Both the position numbers and the translations under genes were made by a program. A DNA stretch of 64,000 nt from Rhodothermales bacterium (lineage in GTDB: Bacteria; Bacteroidota; Rhodothermia; Rhodothermales; Bin80): positions 1,936,727-2,000,726 of the forward strand of contig OZ242302.1 in the NCBI GenBank assembly GCA_965208025.1, in the 5' to 3' direction. The notes under the pieces were generated by a model. It saw nothing but the letters and a program-made list of their open reading frames with translations, was not told where the DNA came from and did no database searches. Shown here piece after piece: positions 48,357 through 57,238 of this stretch (its first letter is position 1; every line of letters begins with the position of its first letter).

Positions 48357-51300
48357 ATGAGAATTGATCCATCATTATTTCTACTGACACTGGGCTTCTC
48401 TTTTGTTTCGCTCTTCGGTAGCATGCGAGTAATTGCCCAGAGCGTCTCCGAGGTAGTGCCTCAGGTGGTGGTGGTGCAATTTGAAGAGGGCGTTGATTTA
48501 CTCGGAAAAACAGTCACCACTGGCTTACAGATCTTTGATCGTAAAGCAGCCGCCTATGGAGTACATACCATTGAGCGGATGTATCCTTTTCTTGATTATG
48601 TAGAACCGACTCCCCAGACGAGGGATAATCTGATGGCCCTGCGCCGAACCTACTCTGTGCACTACAGCGCCAATGACATTCCTCAGCGGGTTTCAACGGA
48701 CTTATCTCATGCATCAGGTGTCGTCTACGCCGAACCCTTACTTGTGAATCATATTTCTGGATCAGCTCACTGGGATCATATCAATCCGAATGATCCCAGA
48801 TTTGTAGAGCAAATCGAATTGACAGCTCTAAACCTTCCCGAGGCATGGGATGTTGTGAAAGCTTCGGACAGTACGCCGACAGTGGTAATCGCAATTGTTG
48901 ACGGAGGGAGCGAATGGCGACATGAGGATCTTCTCGCCAATGTGTGGACGAACGAAGATGAAATTCCTGACAACAGGATTGATGACGACATGAATGGATT
49001 CATTGATGATGTGCATGGTGTGAACTTCGCCAATCAGGATGATTATGACCATGACCCTACTGGGCTACGTCTAACTCCGCGAAACGCAATGCATGGCACG
49101 GCGGTTGCCGGAGCAGCAAGTGCAGTGACCGACAATAAGTTAGGAGTGTCAGGTGCTGCCTGGAATGCGGAACTGATGCATATCAATGTGGGATGTGCTA
49201 CCTCTGATCGTCGAATTTGTGAAGGATACACTGGCATTCTTTATGCAGCTACCAATGGCGCCGACATCATCAATACCAGTTGGGGCGCAACGTTACAAAA
49301 TGACTTTGATGCTAGGCTTCCTGTTCAAACGCTTGAACTTGTCACCGATATGGGATCTCTGGTTGTCGCCTCAGCGGGGAATTTTGATACAAACCTGGAC
49401 GAAAATACTCGCTATCCGGCCCAACACCCGCGTGTACTCTCAGTAGGGTCTACACAGAAGGATATGCGCGTGAAAGCGCGATCATCCAGCTTTGGTAGAC
49501 AGGTCAGTGTGTTTGCCCCCGGAGTCAATATTATTACCACGGGATCAGATAACGAATACATTACGATCAGCGGCACATCATTTTCGACTCCCCTTACTTC
49601 AGGGGTGGCTGCCTTGGTGAGGACTCGGTTCCCCAATCTATCTCCAGATGCCCTGCGAGAGCATGTACGGTTAACGAGCGAGAACATTGACGCTGAAAAC
49701 CCTGACTTTGCTGGCTTGATGGGGCGGGGATTTGTCAATGCACAGCGAGCCACGCAAGAACCCAACCTACCTGCGATACGTCTCAAGGACTGGTCATGGG
49801 CAGATCATGATGGTAATCGCATCATTGAGCCTACCGACCGGGTGACGATCTCAATGGACATAGTCAACTATCTCAACGATGCCAACCAATTCCATGTGGA
49901 ACTTGCAGGAGACGAAGTCTATCCATTCATTGAGTGGGCTACATCTGAGATTGAGATCGGCCCTCTTGCTGGTGGTGCTTCAACCGAAGTAGACTTTGAG
50001 TTCACAGTTGGCCCCAATGCTCCACCCGATCAGTTCATACGACTTTTCGTACATGTTCGTGATGGAGACTTTAACGATGTTACGGACCGGATCACGTTTC
50101 GTGTGAACCGACAGCTTGAACAAGTCTATCAGGGTCTGAGAGCATTTTACAATGCGACAGGCGGAGATCACTGGACTGAGAAACACAATTGGGATGTTTC
50201 AAACATTCCGACCGAGACAGAACTGGCCAGTTGGGTTGGTGTTACGGTCAAGGAGGGGTTGGTCGTTGAACTGAAGATGGAAAAAAACAATCTCAATGGA
50301 ACCTTGCCTCCTGAACTTGGGAACCTGAGAAATCTTCAGATTCTTGAACTTGTTGAGAATAGGGGATTGAGTGGTCAGATTCCATCCCAACTCGGAAACC
50401 TTGAACGACTGATAGAACTGAACCTATCCGAAAATTCTCTCTCTGGCCCGATCCCGCCTGAATTAGAGAACCTCAAACAACTTGACGATCTGGATCTATC
50501 GCACAATTCTCTTTCTGGTTCAATCCCCCCTGAACTCGGGAATCTTGAACAACTGGAAAAACTAATCCTTACACGCAATTCTCTCACTGGCCCAGTCCCC
50601 CCTGAAATCGGAAACCTTAAACGGCTGTGGATTCTATTTTTGTCTGGCAATTCCCTTTCTGGCTCTATCCCGCCTGAACTAGAAAATAGTACAGGATTAC
50701 GATTCATTGGTCTGTCCTATAATCTGCTGTCCGGTCCGATTCCACCTGAGCTTGGGAATCTCGAACCACTATGGCAATTGAACCTGGGGCATAATTCCCT
50801 TTCAGGATCCATCCCGGCGGAACTTGGAAAAATAAAACAACTTCGATCTCTGAACCTTTCCAGCAACACACTTTCTGGGCCAATTCCTCCAGAACTTGGT
50901 GATCTTGAACAACTGGAAGAATTAATCCTATCCAATAACGCTCTCTCCGGTCCCATTCCGCCTGAACTTGGAAACCTCAAAATGCTTGAAGAACTGGATC
51001 TGTCACGTAATTCCCTGGGAGGCCCAATCCCCCCCGAACTGGGGAATCTCCCACAGTTGAGGCGTCTAATCCTCAGTCAGAATACTCTCACTGGGCAGAT
51101 TCCTCGAAGCTTCTTGGGGTTAAATCGTCTGGAAGTTTTTCATTTTAAGGGGCAGAATCTGTGTGCTCCTGCCGATGATGAATTTCAAATGTGGCTGAAT
51201 CGTATTCGAGATCATCTGGGGCCTACCTGCACTCCGTTACAGGTTGACGATGAAACCTCAGATTATTCGTCGACACACGGACTACCCGAATCGTTCAAGG

Positions 51301-51566
51301 TATATGAAAACTATCCTAACCCTTTTCATGAATTCACACTCTTGACGGTTGACCTGCCCTGGCCTGCCACACTCAATGTGGATATATTTGATGTCACTGG
51401 ACGGAGGGTATTATCCCAAACAGCTGCAGATCTAACGCCAGGCTGGCGCCAGAGTATCCATCTCACGGGATCATCATTGCCCTCAGGTCTATATCTTTAC
51501 CAGATTCATGTGCAATCACAGGCAGGTATTGAGACACATGCCGGCCGCATTGTTCGTATGCGCTAA
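48357..51566 (+). CDS. secreted S8 serine protease with expanded plant-type LRR array and T9SS C-terminal sorting domain (tandem paralog of 44877-48059)
   Basis: The triad is in VVIAIVDGG, HGTAVAG and GTSFSTPLTSG. There are about 12 LRRs at about nt 50270-51150, and no Ig domain. The C-terminus is YENYPNPFHEFTLL...GLYLYQIH...RIVRMR. Confidence 0.9.
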   Translation: MRIDPSLFLLTLGFSFVSLFGSMRVIAQSVSEVVPQVVVVQFEEGVDLLGKTVTTGLQIFDRKAAAYGVHTIERMYPFLDYVEPTPQTRDNLMALRRTYSVHYSANDIPQRVSTDLSHASGVVYAEPLLVNHISGSAHWDHINPNDPRFVEQIELTALNLPEAWDVVKASDSTPTVVIAIVDGGSEWRHEDLLANVWTNEDEIPDNRIDDDMNGFIDDVHGVNFANQDDYDHDPTGLRLTPRNAMHGTAVAGAASAVTDNKLGVSGAAWNAELMHINVGCATSDRRICEGYTGILYAATNGADIINTSWGATLQNDFDARLPVQTLELVTDMGSLVVASAGNFDTNLDENTRYPAQHPRVLSVGSTQKDMRVKARSSSFGRQVSVFAPGVNIITTGSDNEYITISGTSFSTPLTSGVAALVRTRFPNLSPDALREHVRLTSENIDAENPDFAGLMGRGFVNAQRATQEPNLPAIRLKDWSWADHDGNRIIEPTDRVTISMDIVNYLNDANQFHVELAGDEVYPFIEWATSEIEIGPLAGGASTEVDFEFTVGPNAPPDQFIRLFVHVRDGDFNDVTDRITFRVNRQLEQVYQGLRAFYNATGGDHWTEKHNWDVSNIPTETELASWVGVTVKEGLVVELKMEKNNLNGTLPPELGNLRNLQILELVENRGLSGQIPSQLGNLERLIELNLSENSLSGPIPPELENLKQLDDLDLSHNSLSGSIPPELGNLEQLEKLILTRNSLTGPVPPEIGNLKRLWILFLSGNSLSGSIPPELENSTGLRFIGLSYNLLSGPIPPELGNLEPLWQLNLGHNSLSGSIPAELGKIKQLRSLNLSSNTLSGPIPPELGDLEQLEELILSNNALSGPIPPELGNLKMLEELDLSRNSLGGPIPPELGNLPQLRRLILSQNTLTGQIPRSFLGLNRLEVFHFKGQNLCAPADDEFQMWLNRIRDHLGPTCTPLQVDDETSDYSSTHGLPESFKVYENYPNPFHEFTLLTVDLPWPATLNVDIFDVTGRRVLSQTAADLTPGWRQSIHLTGSSLPSGLYLYQIHVQSQAGIETHAGRIVRMR

Positions 51567-51576
51567 TGAATTAGCA

Positions 51577-51595
51577 GGTGAGGCATGGCCTCACC
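51577..51595 (+). terminator. possible stem-loop terminator after the second S8 gene
   Basis: Perfect 8-bp stem ggtgaggc/gcctcacc with a 3-nt loop, 11 nt after the stop codon. No U-tract follows, so function is uncertain. Confidence 0.3.
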
Positions 51596-52139
51596 CGTAT
51601 CAAGTAGTTCACCTTTCGCTGGACAACAGTATTATTATCGCATCATTCTCAAAGCCAATTTGAACAACACAACCTGTTGATCGCACTACCCCCCGTCGAA
51701 TGATATAAGGGATGTATCGCCTCACGCAATGGTAGGGTGTTTATCGTTGCGTTAGGAAACTTAATGCTCCATTTATATGGATCATATCATGAATTACACG
51801 TCAATGAGGCTTCATCCATGGACTGCACAACAGCAAAATGAAGCGCCGAGAGGATGAGGATATCCCTCAATGTAGCAAATCTATTCCTTGGGATACAATC
51901 TACTCCCCATAGCCCTCACGAAAGTGTAGACACAAAGAGTTGATAGACCATGAGACGACGGTGGCCCCATACCAAAGGATATGATGGTGGAAATTTATTG
52001 ATCCAAACTGTGGCTAGTGGATCAATCTGCGTTAACTCTAATATACCGAAGTCCGAATCATTTTACCCTTACACGCCCTGCAATAGTACCCAATAAACCG
52101 CCATCTATATAGGATTCATGACATTTAAGCCACTGATTG

Positions 52140-53135
52140 ATGGATGAAAACCTGAATGAAACCACGATCTCACTTCGAGATTTTCAGTCAGTGGTAGAAG
52201 ACGATCTCAATGAATTTTCGCGTCACTTTCGAGAAGCTGTACGAGTAGAGCACGGACTCTTGAATCTGGTGATTCGATATTTTCTCCGTCAGAAGGGCAA
52301 ACGCATTCGGCCGTTATTGGTCCTCTTGACCGCCAAGACTTGTGGAGGTATCCGTGAACGAAGCCATCGTGCTGCCGCACTGGTTGAACTCCTTCATACC
52401 GCTACTCTGGTACATGATGATGTCGTAGATGAATCTGAGAAGAGACGAGGGACTTACTCTATCAATGCACTCTGGGGGAATAAGGTCGCCGTCTTACTTG
52501 GCGACTATTTTCTGAGCCGCGGACTTCTTTTGGCACTGGAGCATGATGATTATGACCTGCTTCGCGTGCTGAGCCATGCCGTAAAACGTATGAGTGAAGG
52601 AGAATTGAGACAGGTTCAGCGATCGCGTAGCATGGATGTAGATGAAGAGTCTTACTATAAGATCATTTCAGATAAAACTGCATCTCTTATTTCCGCCTGT
52701 ACACGCTGTGGAGCTCTGAGTGCAGATGCAGATCCGGATAGTCTTCGCTCTATGGAAGAGTTTGGCGAACAACTGGGGCTCGCATTCCAAATTCGAGATG
52801 ATCTCTTTGATTATGGAACTCAAGAAGTCGGAAAACCGGTGGGAGCGGATATTCAGAAAAAATTGGTCACCCTCCCCTTGATCCATGCTCTCGAGGTCTC
52901 TGGCAAGTCGGAGCGACGACGAATCCTAAAACTTATACGCAGCGGAAAAAAGACAAAACAGAATCGGCAAATCATCTTTGAATTTGCTGAATCAACTGGC
53001 GGTTTAGCTTATGCACAAGAACGTATGGAGTATCATATCAAATCGGCACAGTCCCTCCTCACATCGTTCCCCGATTCTGATGCTCGCAGAGCAATGCATG
53101 CACTCAGCCAGTATGTGATCATGCGAAAAAAGTGA
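52140..53135 (+). CDS. ispB: polyprenyl diphosphate synthase (octaprenyl/long-chain type)
   Basis: First and second Asp-rich motifs: LVHDDVVDESEKRRG and FQIRDDLFD. About 331 aa. Confidence 0.88.
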   Translation: MDENLNETTISLRDFQSVVEDDLNEFSRHFREAVRVEHGLLNLVIRYFLRQKGKRIRPLLVLLTAKTCGGIRERSHRAAALVELLHTATLVHDDVVDESEKRRGTYSINALWGNKVAVLLGDYFLSRGLLLALEHDDYDLLRVLSHAVKRMSEGELRQVQRSRSMDVDEESYYKIISDKTASLISACTRCGALSADADPDSLRSMEEFGEQLGLAFQIRDDLFDYGTQEVGKPVGADIQKKLVTLPLIHALEVSGKSERRRILKLIRSGKKTKQNRQIIFEFAESTGGLAYAQERMEYHIKSAQSLLTSFPDSDARRAMHALSQYVIMRKK

Positions 53136-54179
53136 TTCCTCAACAGCACATGATACAAGGTGGAACTCACTTATCCGGTATCACTAAGCCGACTGATCCA
53201 TGGATGCGGAGAGTCGCCCGGAATCAATGAGACTCGGCCTCACGCGGAGAAGCCCCAGATCGTGTCCAATTCTTCGCAGGAAATCAAATTGGTAGACAGA
53301 TGCCTCGCAAGATTGATTGGTCCACACCTGTACTCCATCTAACCGAAATCACCTCGGAAACAGCTTCAAGATCGGTTAAGTTTGACCAAATAGACGCACA
53401 ACCATTATTCGCCCTGTCGTTGAACAAATTCGGAGTTATTTTAGATACTCATAGACCCCAATGGATACGGTCCTAATCACACATATGTCCTTACTCCACA
53501 CAGATATTCAAAGCACTTGTTTCAGGAACCCAAGTTCCTGTAATTCGTCCAACAATTCTACCCGTATCTTTATGTGATGACTGAAGATCCACATTCTCCC
53601 CCTCACTCATTACCTGCTGCGGTTGACCGAGGCCCTGCAAGATACTTTCATGGATGAAATAGTATTCTGCAGAATTTTGACGAACTCCTAGCACGAGCAC
53701 TTGACACAAATACTGGGACGATCTTCCTGATTCAGGGGGCTCCAGGAGTGGGGAAGAGTGCTCTGCTTTATGAATGTGAAAGACTTGCAAAATCCCTACA
53801 TTGGGATGTTGTGAATATTGGGGTGACCGCTCTCTGGGATCCACATCAGTTACTTAGTTCCCTGGGGTTTGGAGATAAATATGAGGTGACAGAAAAATCC
53901 ACTCAGGTCGGGCTGAAAAATTTTTTTAGGAGGGGATATAAAAATATCCGCCCAAAGCCTACGGTTGAGGATATTCTTAAAGATGAGAAAGAACCATTGC
54001 TCTTAATTCTTGATGAAGCCCAAGCACTATTGGATGAAAATGTTCCTCCCTCTCAGCACATTGGGAATACGATCCGTATACTTGAACTCATCCATAATGG
54101 CAAATTGGGTAGACCCATCGTCCTACTGACCGCAGGGCTTGATGGGATAACGAGGGGGGGTCGTAAGTTGAAAATTTCA

Positions 54180-55461
54180 GGTTCTACCCCGAACCTTGTG
54201 GATAGAGGTCTAAGCCTCCACAGAAGAATAGAATCGCACTTCTGAATTTTTCAAACGTTCGGTATCCTCTCCCGACCGTTTTGATTTCTTGAATTTTGCC
54301 GTTAATGCGTTCTGCCTTGGCGTTGGATTGTGAGTGGGAAAGTGCATTACAGACGCCATCAAAATGTCGCTGAAACCTTTCCCCCACCTTGGTGACTTCC
54401 CTGACGCCCATCTGCTCAACACTCTTTAGCCAGAGATCAAAATACCTCTTTGCTTCGGCGAAGGAACTACACTCAAAGATCCCTTTAAACTCTTCGCGTA
54501 CCCGCCAGGCGTGACTGACTTCCAAGTTGGCTTCTTGAACGACTTTGAAGATCTCGTCTTGCTTGGCCGTACGGTTCTTTTCGTTCTTCAAAAGCACATA
54601 ACGCGTCCCTTTCAACTCGGGATGGCTCTTCACTTCCCGTCTGCGCACCTGATTGATTGCTTTGTTCAGATCCTGAATCAGATGAAACCGATCATGAATC
54701 AAGGTTGCGTTCGGAAAGACTCGTTCAACGGCGCGAATAAACGCCTTTAACATGTCCGTCGTCACCGTTACGACCTTCTCCTTCATTCCCTCAAACACAC
54801 GCTCAAACAGCACTATAGCGCCTTCTTTGGTCTTTCCCTCCCCCACATCAAGGACAATCCCCCGTGTGGAATCTGTTACCACGGTCCCATAGACATGCCC
54901 CCGTTTGAGTGCTTTCTCATCCACACCGATATGGGGGATCTCTCCCAGATCCCTACGTGCTAATCCGCGCTCTACACTACGATGCATGATCCGATTCAGT
55001 TGGTTAAATCCACACCGTAGAAGCTTGGCGGTGCTGGTTTGATTTTTGGTTGCTTTCAACAGATCAATCGCAGCGCGCTCAAAGGCATAGGTTACACGAC
55101 TGGATGAATCTGCCCAAGGAAGCTTAATCGTCTTGATTCCCTTTGAAGACTTGACCCGAGGGATACGACAGTGGATATAACTCTTGGATTGACACCAGTC
55201 AATATGACGCCACGAACGCTCCTTGCGGTGGTCATACAACGTCCCAGATTCCCCCGTTTCTGGACAAACAAGATTCTCTCCCGAATGGCGAAGATATACA
55301 TCAATCCGGTGAGACGTTGGATCCAAAGTGATTCGGTCAAGCTGCCACTCAGGAGTGAGATCCAGAGTGTAGCGCATAAATAAATCTATGAAATTTGACA
55401 TGAAATTGAGTAGGTTTAGTTCGCCGAAATATACTCATTCCACACAAATTGTGGTAGAACC
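54180..55461 (-). mobile_element. intact ISL3-family insertion sequence (1282 bp) with 8-bp target-site duplication
   Basis: The imperfect terminal inverted repeats are ggttctaccccgaaccttgtgg... (54180 onward) and ...cacaaattgtggtagaacc (ending at 55461). They are flanked by identical aaatttca at 54172-54179 and 55462-55469. One transposase ORF lies inside. Confidence 0.92.
54184..55401 (-). CDS. ISL3-family transposase
   Basis: 405-aa ORF with typical ISL3 features: an N-terminal zinc-finger-like region, HIGVDEKALKRGH, DMLKAF and the C-terminal ...AERINGKIQEIKTVGRGYRTFEKFRSAILFFCGGLDLYP. Confidence 0.92.
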   Translation of the reverse strand: MSNFIDLFMRYTLDLTPEWQLDRITLDPTSHRIDVYLRHSGENLVCPETGESGTLYDHRKERSWRHIDWCQSKSYIHCRIPRVKSSKGIKTIKLPWADSSSRVTYAFERAAIDLLKATKNQTSTAKLLRCGFNQLNRIMHRSVERGLARRDLGEIPHIGVDEKALKRGHVYGTVVTDSTRGIVLDVGEGKTKEGAIVLFERVFEGMKEKVVTVTTDMLKAFIRAVERVFPNATLIHDRFHLIQDLNKAINQVRRREVKSHPELKGTRYVLLKNEKNRTAKQDEIFKVVQEANLEVSHAWRVREEFKGIFECSSFAEAKRYFDLWLKSVEQMGVREVTKVGERFQRHFDGVCNALSHSQSNAKAERINGKIQEIKTVGRGYRTFEKFRSAILFFCGGLDLYPQGSG

Positions 55462-56533
55462 AAATTTCAAGATTTGCAGACAATTGTCTTGTAGAGTTAG
55501 GCGCATTAAGCAAAGAGTCCGAGCGGGCCGTGATTCTGGATTGGCTCACGAAGGAAGGCGGTACAAAAGAAGATCCTACGGACTGGATCAACGCAATTGC
55601 GCTTGAAACGCATGGATGGCCCCAGCACATCCTGTCCTATACGTACCCCGCCGCAAAGCATCTCAAAGCGAATGGTGGCATCATGACCCATGACGGACTA
55701 CTTGCGTTGATGGAAGCAGGACGGAAAAGTCGCAATGTATACTATAAGCAGAGGGTAAGTGATTTCCGTGTTGATCAGATCCGCTGTCTGGCAGGGTCAA
55801 TTGTAGAAGTCCCCCATGGAGAGCCTGCGGAGTATAAACACATCATGTCTTCGCTGATTCAGGAATATGGCCAAAGTGAGGCGGAGGATCTGTTTCAGAA
55901 ATTTGAGCAGAAGGGGTTACTCATAGAAAGTGGCATGGGATATGCCGTTCCCATCCCTTCCATGCTCACTTGGCTGGCATTAAATTACACTCATCAACAG
56001 ATCTAAATTTCTCAATCAGGGCGACTAGAATCAATCCTGTCCACGAGATTCTGGGTTGGAATGTTGATCTTAACGTTCACGGGGATCTCCTTTCTTTTGC
56101 TGGGGGGTGGGTCGTATAGATTGACTGATTACGAATTGAAGTGGAGACAATCAGGAATATAGGAATGGAATGTATATCTCAGATGTTAATCACTCATTGG
56201 GTGTAAACTGACGTCCTGTCTATGGAGTACAGCAGATGGGGTGAATCGGAATAACGAATTCGGAGATAGTGTTGAAACGTCGTTTCAAATGACTTTTTAG
56301 AGATTGAATTTTGCCGTAATAAGGTGCTACACCTCCAAAAAATACTGACTTCCAGTACTAAGGAAAGGTTGTTTCGGTACCGTGTTAAGGAGTGAATTGG
56401 CTCTCCTGAACCCTATACTCAGGGAATTCAGGGAATGGTTAGGGATGTATTGGAGAACCAAGAGGAGAAGGTTGTGCGGAAGCGCAATGATGGCAAGTAG
56501 CGACGGAGTCAAAGATCAGACCCAGCAAAGGAA

Positions 56534-56731
56534 TCAAATAATCGCACTAATTTTTTGAAATATTTCGCTTCTTGGCTCACCCGTCTTGTCGTGAATGAGT
56601 TGGACCATCTTGCGCATATTTCCACGAGCGCGCTTCATTTCCTTCTCTTCAAATTCAACTTCGCTCCAAATAGACTCAATCTGGCTGCACACCTGCCGCC
56701 AATTTTCGTTCATGCGCTCTGTCGCCATCAA
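56534..56731 (-). CDS. small CsbD-like stress protein (tentative)
   Basis: 65-aa ORF. Its pattern NENWRQVCSQIESIWSEV...EEKEM...RGNMRKMVQLIHDKTGEPRSEI loosely parallels the CsbD signature NWxQxKGxxKxxWGxLTDDDL...G...L.G.iQe.yG. Confidence 0.4.
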   Translation of the reverse strand: MMATERMNENWRQVCSQIESIWSEVEFEEKEMKRARGNMRKMVQLIHDKTGEPRSEIFQKISAII

Positions 56732-56776
56732 TGTAGTCGGGTAAGTGAGGTGAGTTAAATCATATCCATTTAATGC

Positions 56777-57238
56777 TTATGATGTGAGTCTGTTCCAGAA
56801 CATGAGGACCAAAAGGACAACCCACAATAGATGTCCAATACCTGAAGTGATGGAAACCGTCCGAGCATAAGAGGAGGGATTCTCTTGATTCAATTCCATA
56901 TATTCTTGATTTCCAGTATTTTCCAGCGCTGAGCGCAATCTGCTCCATGCTGGGCGCAAAAACACGAATTGTATACCCAAAAGAACGAGAATGAGCGCGG
57001 AAGCAATATGGTACTGGATCTGCCCTGGATATCCACCCCCCAGAATCAATAGCATCATGGAAAAAACAAAGGTCGCAATGAGCATGGATCCCATCAGAGA
57101 GAGGGTTCGAGCTCCATCAACAGCAACAATTGGTTGACCGCCTGCAGCTAATCTCGCTTGACTACCCAGCCGAATGCTTAGTCCAAACCAGGCGGATGCA
57201 GTTAAAACATGGAGAATCAGCAGGATCGTATGAATCAT
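56777..57238 (-). CDS. integral membrane protein (4 TM), co-transcribed with fadE
   Basis: 153-aa hydrophobic ORF with a 4-nt overlap with the fadE stop. No family recognised. Confidence 0.55.
   Translation of the reverse strand: MIHTILLILHVLTASAWFGLSIRLGSQARLAAGGQPIVAVDGARTLSLMGSMLIATFVFSMMLLILGGGYPGQIQYHIASALILVLLGIQFVFLRPAWSRLRSALENTGNQEYMELNQENPSSYARTVSITSGIGHLLWVVLLVLMFWNRLTS

Larger units (their letters stand above)
53577..56006 (+). pseudogene. AAA/ORC-Cdc6-like P-loop ATPase gene, disrupted by an ISL3 insertion and carrying an in-frame TGA
   Basis: Walker A is IQGAPGVGKSALL and Walker B is LLLILDEAQ. After removing nt 54180-55469 (the IS plus one copy of the target duplication), the two halves join in frame (...GRKLKIS|RFADNCLVELGALSKESERAVILDWL...). 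An in-frame TGA at 53655-53657 sits inside ...RYFHG*NSILQNFDELL, where family members have an FxGR motif. Confidence 0.8.

Noticed and set aside
46790-51150. Regular 72-nt periodic repeats that could superficially resemble a CRISPR or satellite array.
   Set aside because: The period equals one 24-residue LRR. The repeats are in frame within the S8 protease genes, are degenerate at the DNA level and have no unique spacers.
53491-53844. A 117-aa minus-strand ORF.
   Set aside because: It is antisense to the Walker A region of the ATPase pseudogene, and the plus-strand reading has clear P-loop motifs.
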